A stretch of 64,000 nt of DNA, from positions 33,586 to 97,585 of the forward strand of contig JACQUZ010000126.1 in the NCBI GenBank assembly GCA_016210055.1, written 5' to 3'. This document shows, piece by piece, positions 50,801 through 58,794 of this stretch. The DNA comes from Deltaproteobacteria bacterium (GTDB lineage: Bacteria; Myxococcota_A; Polyangia; Haliangiales; SHYZ01). The position numbers and the translations under genes are program-made. Numbering within the stretch: the stretch's first letter is position 1; the number at the start of each line of letters is the position of its first letter. A model generated the notes under the pieces. It was not told where the DNA came from. It made no database searches and saw only the letters and a list, made by a program, of their open reading frames with translations.

Positions 50801-51601
50801 AAGGGCCCGAGGCGGCGCGGGCTCGAATTTCTGCTTGTTCATCATGACTTCCAAGGGCGCGCCTTGAAATGGAACCCGCCCCGCAAGCGCCTCGTAGAGG
50901 ATGACCCCTACGCTGTACCAGTCGGCCTCCGGTCCCACTGGCTTGGACGCGGCCTGCTCGGGTGCCATGTAGTCCACCGTGCCGACGACGTGTTGGTCGG
51001 TGGATCGCTGTCCGTTGGTAGTCCCGGTCACCAGGCCGAAATCGAGCAGGACCAAGCGCCCCTCGGGCGTGACCACGATATTGGGTGGCTTGATGTCGCG
51101 ATGCACCTTTCCAGCCGAGTGCAGGGCAACCAGTCCATTGGCAAGCTGGCCCAGGGCGTTGCGCAGGCGTTCTTCGTGGTAAGTGCCTCGCTCGGGGTCC
51201 ACGAGCCGAACGGGCTCCGGCGCGGCTCGCGGCGCCCCAGCGGGTGATTCAGCCGTGTCCGCGCTCGCCTCGTGAATGGCCAAGTCTCCAGGGCGAACAT
51301 GGGCAAGGAAACCCACGCCATTGACCAACTCCATGGTGAAGAACCACTGGCCGTTGTCCTCGAGGAGCTCCCCCAGGCTGACCAGGTTCGGATGCTGCAC
51401 GTCCTGGAGCGATCGGAACTCGTTCTTCAGGCGAAACAGGGCATGGGAATCCACCGAGTGCAGGGTCTTGAGCGCCACCCGGACGCCGCGCTCACGATCA
51501 AGTGCTTCGAACACCACTCCCATGCCGCCGGCACCGATGCGGCGGAGGACCTGAAATCGCGATGTCCCTTGGAACTCGCCCGCGTGGAAACGGGACGCCA
51601 C
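47843..51601 (-). CDS. Ser/Thr protein kinase fused to AAA/STAND-type NTPase and TPR-like C-terminal region (PknK-like architecture)
   Basis: Kinase subdomains GAGGMGVVF, VALK, HRDIKPPN, DFG and APE. P-loop GEAGIGKS with Walker B VVVIEDLHW. Long helical-repeat tail. Confidence 0.9.
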   Translation of the reverse strand: MASRFHAGEFQGTSRFQVLRRIGAGGMGVVFEALDRERGVRVALKTLHSVDSHALFRLKNEFRSLQDVQHPNLVSLGELLEDNGQWFFTMELVNGVGFLAHVRPGDLAIHEASADTAESPAGAPRAAPEPVRLVDPERGTYHEERLRNALGQLANGLVALHSAGKVHRDIKPPNIVVTPEGRLVLLDFGLVTGTTNGQRSTDQHVVGTVDYMAPEQAASKPVGPEADWYSVGVILYEALAGRVPFQGAPLEVMMNKQKFEPAPPRALVPKVPPDLDALCIELLRFDPLARPSAREILARLGVEDRGEVRRESRSSTMTEASLFVGREAELGALWNAFEETQDGHAVGTLLVGEAGIGKSMLVRRFTDELLTSERGVVVLYGRCYESEMVPFKGLDGVIDALARYMCRLPDLEAGALLPRQAGLLGQVFPVLRRVKAIAEAPHLHAGGRIDPQEARTRLFGAVRELLSRLTDRKPVVVVIEDLHWTDGDSLALLGEILRPPEAPPLLLIATVRPDSAGSDDKEAWRLVLGVPADLREVHLSHLSEQESLELAARLLSHSSHNAGPTAEAIAKEAAGHPLFIDELARAAAMHPGEAPMRLSLAEVLKTRLARVSEHARVVLELACVAGTAVMQDVVMQSARLSGGDFSRAVAQLRTGRLARVTGARGSDAIEPYHDRIRSAVLVSLSQETRTEMHRKLALALEGTVGVDPDILMMHWNGAGDRERTIRYAVQAAANAEAVLAFDHAANLYRTALHLHPDSISGARELRVKLAQALVNAGRGAEAAAMFLSAVPAAGAAEALELQRLAAEEYLKSGHIDEGLKAIRDVLGAVGMKLPESPRRALASLLLRRVQLRLRRLSYQERHVSQSSPEELVRMDVCRSVGVGLGMVDNICAAAFQSQALLLALKVGDPFQIAKCMGPEAVFVATGGGPAKERADRLIEEAQALARKLPQAEVRAWAIGAEGAASYLQGRWRLALEKLDGADKIIREECTGLNWERDSEQLFSTCVLFYLGELAELERRVFLLLREAEDRGDLYAVTNLHTGQANVAWLTRDDARTAQAVATEAVKKWSRRGFHLQHYYGLLAQVQADLYVGDSEAALAKVNERWQDLTRSLILRMQRVRLEALCLRARCLLATTRSQGPARARQVREVARLARRIEREHMPWSDPLALLLHAGVAESEQDTERAVVILQGAVKGFEAADMALHAACARRRLGTLLGGDAGRLLVRESDAWMSSQRVRNPERMAAMLAPGFP

Positions 51602-51633
51602 GACGGTATCTTATCAGCTGAGCGGGGGGTCGG

Positions 51634-52776
51634 TCATGGCACCCAGGCGACCGGCCCTTCGATCCCGTCCAGGATAATCTTCGGGAGCTCTGGGCGAACG
51701 CCAGCAATACGTCCCGCGTAAAGCGTGGTGCCCTTGCGCAGGAGCACGAGCTCAGAATCCGGCGAGAACCCGAGCGGCGCGAACTCGTTCCAGCACTTTG
51801 ACTCGCCGCCGAGCGCTCGTGTAGCGCACGCTCGTACCGTAGGGAGCGGCGCGGGCGGAGGTGGGGCTCTCTTTCGTCCCTTCGTCCTGTGCACGGGACG
51901 CCCCGGGCGCCGATGCGTCGCGGCCATGAGCCAAGGCGAACCCGCCTCGCCACGCCCTTCGGGTGCTTCCTCAAGACGATCGTCCCCTGGCTCCGACTCC
52001 GGAGTTTCGCCCGGCGTCTCTTCAACCTCCGGTTCATCTTCAGTGTCATCAGTGTCATCGCCGCTTTCGATGGTCCGGTCGGCCACCGACCCTTCGAGGA
52101 GGAGCACCCATTGCGAGTCCGGTGACCAGGCCACCGGCATCGCGGGACCGCCCAACATGCGAGGAACACCTTCACCGTCGAGAGCCGAGACCTGTACACG
52201 GGAAGTTTCCCTTTCACCGATCACCGACACGGCGCGGCCTCCGTCGGGGGAAATCATCACGTGCTTGCGCGCAGGGCCCTTGGAAAGCACCCGGGTTTCC
52301 TCGGGAGCCTTCGCCTCGAACGCGACCACGCCGTCGTCGGTAACCGCGTAAAGCCCTTTCCCTTCGCCCAGGAATCCAACGTCACGGTATGCGGCGGGCA
52401 ACTCCAAGCTGGCTTCGTGGACTGCCGAGACGAGCTGAAAGTGCTTGCCGACAGGGCATGCGAGGCACTCGCCGCTCGGGGACGGATTCGCCTTGCCGGT
52501 GCATCGGCCGAGCTTCACCTCACCGTCGACGATCCAGGCGGCCTGGTTCCCTCCGTCGAGAACGATGAGCTTGCCGTTCCGCGACACCTGGATACCGAGA
52601 GGGTTGAACCCTTCGGGGAGCACGGCGACCTGCCTGGGTGCTTCCAGCGAGCCCATGCGCTGCTCCATCACCTTGTCCTTTCGCACGAAAAGAATCCGAC
52701 CATTCTCGGCGTGCGTCGGAGTGGAGAGGAACAACAGGGCGGCCATGACCGCCAGGCGTGCTACCGCTTGAGCCAT
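51634..52776 (-). CDS. secreted PD40/TolB-like beta-propeller repeat protein with acidic insert
   Basis: Signal MAQAVARLAVMAALLFLSTPTHA. PD40-like strands (ISPDGGRAV, WSPDSQWVLL, FSPDSELVLL). Insert DDTDDTEDEPEVEETPGETPESEPGDD. The start overlaps the sdhB 3' end by 16 nt. Confidence 0.65.
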   Translation of the reverse strand: MAQAVARLAVMAALLFLSTPTHAENGRILFVRKDKVMEQRMGSLEAPRQVAVLPEGFNPLGIQVSRNGKLIVLDGGNQAAWIVDGEVKLGRCTGKANPSPSGECLACPVGKHFQLVSAVHEASLELPAAYRDVGFLGEGKGLYAVTDDGVVAFEAKAPEETRVLSKGPARKHVMISPDGGRAVSVIGERETSRVQVSALDGEGVPRMLGGPAMPVAWSPDSQWVLLLEGSVADRTIESGDDTDDTEDEPEVEETPGETPESEPGDDRLEEAPEGRGEAGSPWLMAATHRRPGRPVHRTKGRKRAPPPPAPLPTVRACATRALGGESKCWNEFAPLGFSPDSELVLLRKGTTLYAGRIAGVRPELPKIILDGIEGPVAWVP

Positions 52777-53516
52777 GCCGTAAACGCGTGCTTCGTGGCA
52801 GCTCTCATCATGTCTGCCAACGAGGTCGTGAGGGGGATCTCCTTCGGGCAGGCGCGCACGCAGTTTTGCGCGTTGCCGCAGTCAAGCACGCCGCCTTCAC
52901 CCATGATGGCTTCCACCCGTTCCGTCTTGTTCATGGCGCCCGACGGGTGAAGGTTCATGAGGCGAGCCTGGCTAATCGGCGCTGCGCCGATGAACTTGGT
53001 CTTTGAGTTCACCTGTGGACAGACCTCGAGGCACGTGCCACAGGTGAAGCAGCGGGAAAGGTCGTATCGATCCACCCACTGCTCCTGCGAATAGCGCGGA
53101 CCCGGGCCAAGGTCATGGGCGCCGTCGAGTTGAATCCAAGCCTTCACGCGCTTCATGCTCTCGAACAGCCTCGAGCGGTCCACCATGAGGTCCCTCACGA
53201 CAGGGAACTTGGTCATGGGCTCGAGCGTGATGGTCTCGCCATTGGGGGCGATCTTGTCCACGAGCGTCGAGCAGGCCTGACGCACCTTTCCGTTGATGAT
53301 CATGGTGCACGCGCCGCACACCTCCTCGAGGCAGGCGGAGTCCCATGTCACCGGCGCCGTCAACTTGCCGCCATGGGTGATGGGGTTCTTCTGGATCTGC
53401 ATCAGCGCGGCGATGACGTTGAGCCCCGGCTCCCACTTGATCTCGAACTCCTCGTAATACGGGTTCGAGCTCGGGTCTGCCTGGCGCTTGATCTTGAAGC
53501 GAATCTGCTTGGACAC
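52761..53516 (-). CDS. sdhB: succinate dehydrogenase/fumarate reductase iron-sulfur subunit
   Basis: 251 aa. Three Cys clusters (CLEEVCGAC, CFTCGTCLEVCP, CGNAQNCVRACP). Confidence 0.93.
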   Translation of the reverse strand: MSKQIRFKIKRQADPSSNPYYEEFEIKWEPGLNVIAALMQIQKNPITHGGKLTAPVTWDSACLEEVCGACTMIINGKVRQACSTLVDKIAPNGETITLEPMTKFPVVRDLMVDRSRLFESMKRVKAWIQLDGAHDLGPGPRYSQEQWVDRYDLSRCFTCGTCLEVCPQVNSKTKFIGAAPISQARLMNLHPSGAMNKTERVEAIMGEGGVLDCGNAQNCVRACPKEIPLTTSLADMMRAATKHAFTAWLKR

Positions 53517-53539
53517 CGCGTTCTCCTTTTTTTCGGGCG

Positions 53540-55378
53540 TTACGCCACCCTGGCCGGCGCGGTCTGTGGCTTTGGTGCCGCGGCCTTCTTCTCCGTGTCG
53601 TACTTGCGCTCCCTGGGCGGAATCAGCGAAATGTCGACGTCCTGGTAGTCGATTGCCGGCTCGGTGGTGTCCGGGTTGTACCTGGCGATCGTGGTCTTGA
53701 GGAATCGTGCGTCGTCACGTTTCGGGAAATCGGGCTTGTAGTGGGCTCCGCGGGACTCGTCGCGCATGAGGGCGCCCCGCACGATGACCCGCGCCATGAC
53801 CAGCATGTTCCAGAGCTGCCTTGCATACATGAGGGACTGGTTGGCGCTTCGGGATGGATCCAGGGCGCGAACCTTCTTCCAACGCCCCATGAGCTCGACG
53901 ATCTTCTCCTCGGTCTGCTTGAGCTTGTCGTTGTAGCGGACCACGGTGCAGTTGCCCGTCATCCAGTCGCCGAGCTCGAAGCCGATCATGTACGGGTTCT
54001 CGTCCCCGTCCATCTTGCCAAGCTTGTCGAAATAGAGGGCCTCCATCTTTTTTCGCTCGGCGTCGAGGAGCGAGCTCGGCACTTCGCCGAGCTTGCCCTG
54101 GGAATTGGCGTAGCGAACCGCCGACGGACCTGCCACGAACCCGCCAAAGATGCAGGAGACGAGCGAGTTGGCGCCAAGGCGATTGGCCCCATGGTACTGG
54201 TACTCGCACTCGCCCGCCGCGAAAAGACCAGGAATGTTGGTCATCTGATCGTAATCAACCCAGAGGCCTCCCATGGAGTAGTGCATGCCGGGGAAGACCT
54301 TCATGGGCACCTTGGCCGGATCGTCGCCGACGAATTTTTCGTAGATCTCGACGACGCCCTTGACCTTTTCCTCGAGCTTGGCGCGCCCGAGGTGCGTGAG
54401 ATCGAGGTACACCACGTCGCCGCCGTCGATCCCCAACTTCAGCTCGCGGCAGACATTGAAGATCTCGCGCGTCGCGATGTCCCTGGGAACGAGGTTGCCG
54501 TACGCTGGATAGCGCTCCTCGAGGAAGTACCACGGCTGTCCCTTGGGAGGGCGCTGCTTCTTGGCACGCTCGTCATAGCCGCCGTCGGACGGCACCCACA
54601 CGCGTCCCCCTTCTCCGCGCAGGGACTCGCTCATGAGGCGCAGCTTGTCCGAGCCCGGGATTGACGTGGGATGGACCTGAATGAACTCGCCGTTCGCGTA
54701 GATGGCGCCTTGTTGGTACACGAGCGACGCCGCAGTGCCGGTGTTCACGATGGAGTTTGTCGACTTGCCGAAAATGATCCCCGGTCCGCCGGTCGCCAGG
54801 ATCACCGCGGCGGCTGGGAACGCCTCCAGCTTCATGCGGTGCAAGTCCATGGCGACGATGCCGCGACAGCGGCCGTGGTCGTCGAGCATGGCGTGGACGA
54901 ACTCCCAGTACTCGAACCGCCGGACCTTCCCTTCAACTTCGTAGCGCCGCACCTGCTCATCCAGGGCATAGAGGAGCTGCTGCCCCGTGGTGGCACCGGC
55001 GAAGGCGGTGCGGTGGTGCTTGGTGCCGCCGAATCGGCGGAAATCGATGAGCCCCTCGGGGGTACGGTTGAACGGCACGCCCATGCGGTCGAGGAGATAA
55101 ATGATGCCAGGGGCGGCATCGCACATCGCCTTCACCGGCGGCTGATTCGCGAGGAAATCGCCACCGTAGATGGTGTCGTCAAAGTGCTCCCAGGTAGAAT
55201 CGCCTTCCCCCTTCGTGTTGACGGCGCCGTTTATCCCTCCTTGTGCACACACGGAGTGCGAGCGGCGGCACGGCACGAATGAGAAGACGTCGACGGGATA
55301 ACCCGCCTCGGCGATCTTAATGACGGCGGCAAGGCCAGCGAGCCCGCCTCCGACCACGATGAACCTTGGCTCAGCCAT
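53540..55378 (-). CDS. sdhA: succinate dehydrogenase/fumarate reductase flavoprotein subunit
   Basis: 612 aa. FAD-binding VVGGGLAGLAA. Covalent-FAD His context RSHSVCAQGG. HPT and RLGANSL blocks. Confidence 0.95.
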   Translation of the reverse strand: MAEPRFIVVGGGLAGLAAVIKIAEAGYPVDVFSFVPCRRSHSVCAQGGINGAVNTKGEGDSTWEHFDDTIYGGDFLANQPPVKAMCDAAPGIIYLLDRMGVPFNRTPEGLIDFRRFGGTKHHRTAFAGATTGQQLLYALDEQVRRYEVEGKVRRFEYWEFVHAMLDDHGRCRGIVAMDLHRMKLEAFPAAAVILATGGPGIIFGKSTNSIVNTGTAASLVYQQGAIYANGEFIQVHPTSIPGSDKLRLMSESLRGEGGRVWVPSDGGYDERAKKQRPPKGQPWYFLEERYPAYGNLVPRDIATREIFNVCRELKLGIDGGDVVYLDLTHLGRAKLEEKVKGVVEIYEKFVGDDPAKVPMKVFPGMHYSMGGLWVDYDQMTNIPGLFAAGECEYQYHGANRLGANSLVSCIFGGFVAGPSAVRYANSQGKLGEVPSSLLDAERKKMEALYFDKLGKMDGDENPYMIGFELGDWMTGNCTVVRYNDKLKQTEEKIVELMGRWKKVRALDPSRSANQSLMYARQLWNMLVMARVIVRGALMRDESRGAHYKPDFPKRDDARFLKTTIARYNPDTTEPAIDYQDVDISLIPPRERKYDTEKKAAAPKPQTAPARVA

Positions 55379-55396
55379 TTGGCAAGCTCCTTCACG

Positions 55397-56119
55397 TTAC
55401 GGCAGGGCGACGTCCGCCAAGCTCGGCGAGACGAACGCGTACAAGGACACGATGCCGACGACCCAAAGCAGCACCCCGAGCCCCGCACACGCAAAGCCCG
55501 AGACGCGCTGGGCCTTGGGGCCAACGGTGATCCCCCAGTGGATCATGAATCCCCATAGGCCGTTCGCGAAATGGAACACAGCGGCGCTGACCCCGAGAAA
55601 GTAGATTGCCCAGGTCGGGATTCCGAAGTGCACCGACGTGAGATAGTCGTGCATGTACCCATATGTCAGGAGGCCGCCCGATGATTCGAAAAGCTCGGGC
55701 GCGAGCTCAGGACGCAGGCGCGTCATCCAAAGGTGGTAGCCGATGTAGGCCACGAGCAAGACGCCAGAGATGCGTTGGGCGAAGAAGGCCCAGTTTCGCC
55801 CGTAGCCATAGCTCCCCACATTGTGTCGTGCTTCTCGGGCGAGAAACAGCCCGTAGATGGCGTGGTAGAGGATAGGCAATCCGATCGCAAAGATCTCCAA
55901 GTAGAGCACGACGGGATTCCCTTGGAGGTCTTCTACGACGGTGTCGAACCGATGCTCTCCACCTGGACCATAGGCCTTGAAGTTTTGGTAGAAGTGCTCG
56001 ACGAGAAATGCACCGATCGGCAAGACTCCGGTCAAGGAATGCAATCGCCTGAGCAGGAGATGTTTCAGATCTCGCGCGGGTAGCCCACGCGACGGTGCGG
56101 CGACCTCGGACTCACTCAT
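55397..56119 (-). CDS. sdhC: succinate dehydrogenase cytochrome b558 subunit (single 5-TM anchor, Bacillus/type B)
   Basis: 240 aa, about five hydrophobic segments with conserved His residues. Position is immediately upstream of sdhA. Confidence 0.8.
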   Translation of the reverse strand: MSESEVAAPSRGLPARDLKHLLLRRLHSLTGVLPIGAFLVEHFYQNFKAYGPGGEHRFDTVVEDLQGNPVVLYLEIFAIGLPILYHAIYGLFLAREARHNVGSYGYGRNWAFFAQRISGVLLVAYIGYHLWMTRLRPELAPELFESSGGLLTYGYMHDYLTSVHFGIPTWAIYFLGVSAAVFHFANGLWGFMIHWGITVGPKAQRVSGFACAGLGVLLWVVGIVSLYAFVSPSLADVALP

Positions 56120-56273
56120 GTAGCGTTACTACTGCGTTCTACACGGAGCGTCAAGCTTAGGTCGCCCCGGCTCGCCCCCACGCCTGGTCGAAAGGTTTAA
56201 CGCGCAGGTTACCTGCCAGAAACATTCGCTCCCTAGAATCACGGTAACTACACGAAACCGGGGAGAACGACTG

Positions 56274-57584
56274 ATGCCAACGATTGATACTGGGGACACC
56301 GCGTGGTTGCTCGTCTCGACGGCGCTCGTCATGCTGATGACACCCGGCCTGGCGCTCTTTTATGGCGGGATGGTGCAGGGGAAAAACGTTCTCTCCACGT
56401 TCATGCATAGCTTCTTCGCGCTCGGCATCATCACGATCCAGTGGGTCGTGATCGGGTACTCCCTGGCCTTCGGAACCACCAACTTCGGGCTCATCGGCGG
56501 GCTGGATTTCGCGTTCCTAAAGGGCGTCGGCATGGAGCCGAAGGGGACGGTGCCGCACATCCTGTTCATGATGTACCAGGGGATGTTTGCCATCATTACT
56601 CCGGCGCTGATTGCCGGCGCATTTGCCGAGCGAATGAAGTTCTCTGCCTACTGCCTGTTCACGCTCCTCTGGGCGACCTTGGTCTATGACCCGATCGCGC
56701 ACTGGGTGTGGGGGCCGGACGGTTGGCTCCTCAAGATGGGGGCGCTCGACTTTGCGGGCGGGACGGTGGTCCACCTTTCATCGGGTATCTCGGCGCTCGT
56801 GGCGGCGCTCATGATCGGCAAGCGACTCGGTTACCCGCATGCTCGTCATCAGCCGCACAACCTGACCATGACCGTTCTGGGGGCCGGGATTCTCTGGTTT
56901 GGCTGGTTTGGCTTCAACGCCGGATCTGCCTTGTCCTCGGGAGGGCTGTCGGCCCTGGCGCTCGCGAACACCCACGTGGCGGCGGCAGCCGGCGCGGTAG
57001 CTTGGGGGCTCGTGGAGCTTCTCCGTATCGGTAAGGTCACCATGCTGGGGATCGCATCGGGTCTCGTGGCGGGGCTCGTCGGGATTACTCCAGCCGCGGG
57101 CTTCGTGAGCCCGATGGCCGCGGTGGCGATAGGCGTGGCAGCGGGCGTGGTCTGCTACGGCGGCGTGCTCCTCAAGGGGAAATTCGGCTACGACGACGCT
57201 CTCGACGCCTTTGGCGTGCACGGCGTGGGTGGCGCGGCTGGGGCGCTCCTCACCGGGGTTTTTGCTTCCAAGGCGTTTAACGCCGCTGGCGCAGACGGCG
57301 TCCTCCACGGTAATCCCGGCCTGTTCCTCACCCAGCTCATCGGCGTGGGTGCGGCGGCTGCGTACGCGGCGATCGTGAGCTTCGTGATCTTGAAGGTGAT
57401 CGATGTGACCGTTGGCCTGCGCGTCGATAGCGACGAGGAACGAGAAGGACTCGACGCCGTCCTCCATGGCGAAAGTGGCTACACCCTAGGGCTCACCGGC
57501 GTGTCACAGGCCATCGATGAAGAGGAGCAAGAGCCCGCTTCGCTGCCCGCCGGCGCGCCGATCCTCGCCAAGAAGGCCTTGTAG
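56274..57584 (+). CDS. amt: ammonium transporter
   Basis: 436 aa. Amt/MEP blocks DTAWLLVSTALVMLMTPGLALFYGG, DFAGGTVVHLSSG and GVHGVGG. Confidence 0.93.
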   Translation: MPTIDTGDTAWLLVSTALVMLMTPGLALFYGGMVQGKNVLSTFMHSFFALGIITIQWVVIGYSLAFGTTNFGLIGGLDFAFLKGVGMEPKGTVPHILFMMYQGMFAIITPALIAGAFAERMKFSAYCLFTLLWATLVYDPIAHWVWGPDGWLLKMGALDFAGGTVVHLSSGISALVAALMIGKRLGYPHARHQPHNLTMTVLGAGILWFGWFGFNAGSALSSGGLSALALANTHVAAAAGAVAWGLVELLRIGKVTMLGIASGLVAGLVGITPAAGFVSPMAAVAIGVAAGVVCYGGVLLKGKFGYDDALDAFGVHGVGGAAGALLTGVFASKAFNAAGADGVLHGNPGLFLTQLIGVGAAAAYAAIVSFVILKVIDVTVGLRVDSDEEREGLDAVLHGESGYTLGLTGVSQAIDEEEQEPASLPAGAPILAKKAL

Positions 57585-57589
57585 CGCAG

Positions 57590-58714
57590 CTACTTCTGTC
57601 GGTTCTCCATCACGTACAAGCGTACTTTGAGCCCCCCCGTCGTGAGAGGGACCTCCGCGACGGAGTTGGCTTTGATTTCCCTCGCCAGGCTTGGGTCGGA
57701 TGCCAGCACGGCGAGGCGCCATCCTGGCGCGCGTTGCAAGAGGGAGCCGAGCGCGGAGTAGACCGAGCGAAGGCCCGACGGTGGGCTCACCCGCTTTCCA
57801 AAAGGAGGATTGCACGCGATGAGTCCTGGCGGACCTTCGGGGACATGGGCTTGCCGGACGTCTGCCTGAAGGAAACGAGCGGTGTCGGAAAGACCGGCGC
57901 GCTCGGCATTCCGACGGGCAATTCCGACCGCGCTCGGGTGGCGGTCGGCGCCGACCAATGATGCCCCGGGTGGGTGGATCTTGGCGCGCGCCTCGGCGAC
58001 GAGGCGCTCCCAAAGAGCTTGGTCGAACCCAGGCCAATGCGCGAAGGCGAAGGTCCGCATGAGGCCGGGCGCGATGCCCGAGGCCATTAGTGCCCCCTCG
58101 AGGATCAGGGTGCCCGAACCACACGTGGGATCAAAGAGCGGCGTGCTCGGATCCCAGCGGGCGAGGGCAAGGATTCCTGCGGCGAGGGTTTCCCTTAGGG
58201 GAGCCTTGGCAGTCTCTTCTCGGTAGCCCCGGCGGTGGAGCAGTTCCCCCGAGGAGTCGACGCTGAATTGAAACAGGTCCCTTTCGCCCCGGACGATCAC
58301 GTACATGAGCGGTGCGTCCGGGGCGTCGGTTATCACGACCGCTCGGCCAACTGCATCGCGCACGCGTTCCGCGATGGCACCCGTGTGGTAAAGGCGTGAC
58401 TTGCGCGCCGTCGCGGCGATTTCCAAGCGGACGCGTGGCGCCGCCACTCGCGACCAGGGGAGTGACGCAGCCAGTCGGTAGAGGTGCGCAAAATCGCGCG
58501 CGCGCCCCTCGCCGAGGCGCACGAGCACTCGTGACGCGGTGCGAAGCCAGAGGTTCGCGGAATAGAGCGTGGAGAGGTCTCCTTCCAGTGCAACGCCTTC
58601 AGGGAGGACCTGGACGCGTGAAGCCGACGGTAGCCTTGCGACCTCTTCGCCGAGGACCCCCTCTAGGCCGGGGAGCGAGGTGGCGAAAATCCGGAATGGA
58701 AGTCGTTTTGACAT
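57590..58714 (-). CDS. THUMP-domain class I SAM-dependent RNA methyltransferase (RlmL/COG0116-like)
   Basis: 374 aa. THUMP-like N-terminal half. SAM-binding DPTCGSGT. Catalytic NPPFG motif. Confidence 0.85.
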   Translation of the reverse strand: MSKRLPFRIFATSLPGLEGVLGEEVARLPSASRVQVLPEGVALEGDLSTLYSANLWLRTASRVLVRLGEGRARDFAHLYRLAASLPWSRVAAPRVRLEIAATARKSRLYHTGAIAERVRDAVGRAVVITDAPDAPLMYVIVRGERDLFQFSVDSSGELLHRRGYREETAKAPLRETLAAGILALARWDPSTPLFDPTCGSGTLILEGALMASGIAPGLMRTFAFAHWPGFDQALWERLVAEARAKIHPPGASLVGADRHPSAVGIARRNAERAGLSDTARFLQADVRQAHVPEGPPGLIACNPPFGKRVSPPSGLRSVYSALGSLLQRAPGWRLAVLASDPSLAREIKANSVAEVPLTTGGLKVRLYVMENRQK

Positions 58715-58794
58715 GCGCGACTTCCTTCATAGCGCGGCCGATGGCTTAACGCCGCTAGCTAGAGACCGGGCGATTAGGGTACGATAGCTTTGCC

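Noticed and set aside
56205-56235. Possible sigma-54 (-24/-12) promoter upstream of amt (cTGCCAGaaacaTTCGCt)
   Set aside because: It lacks the invariant GG at -24 and the GC dinucleotide in the correct register. The similarity is too weak to call.
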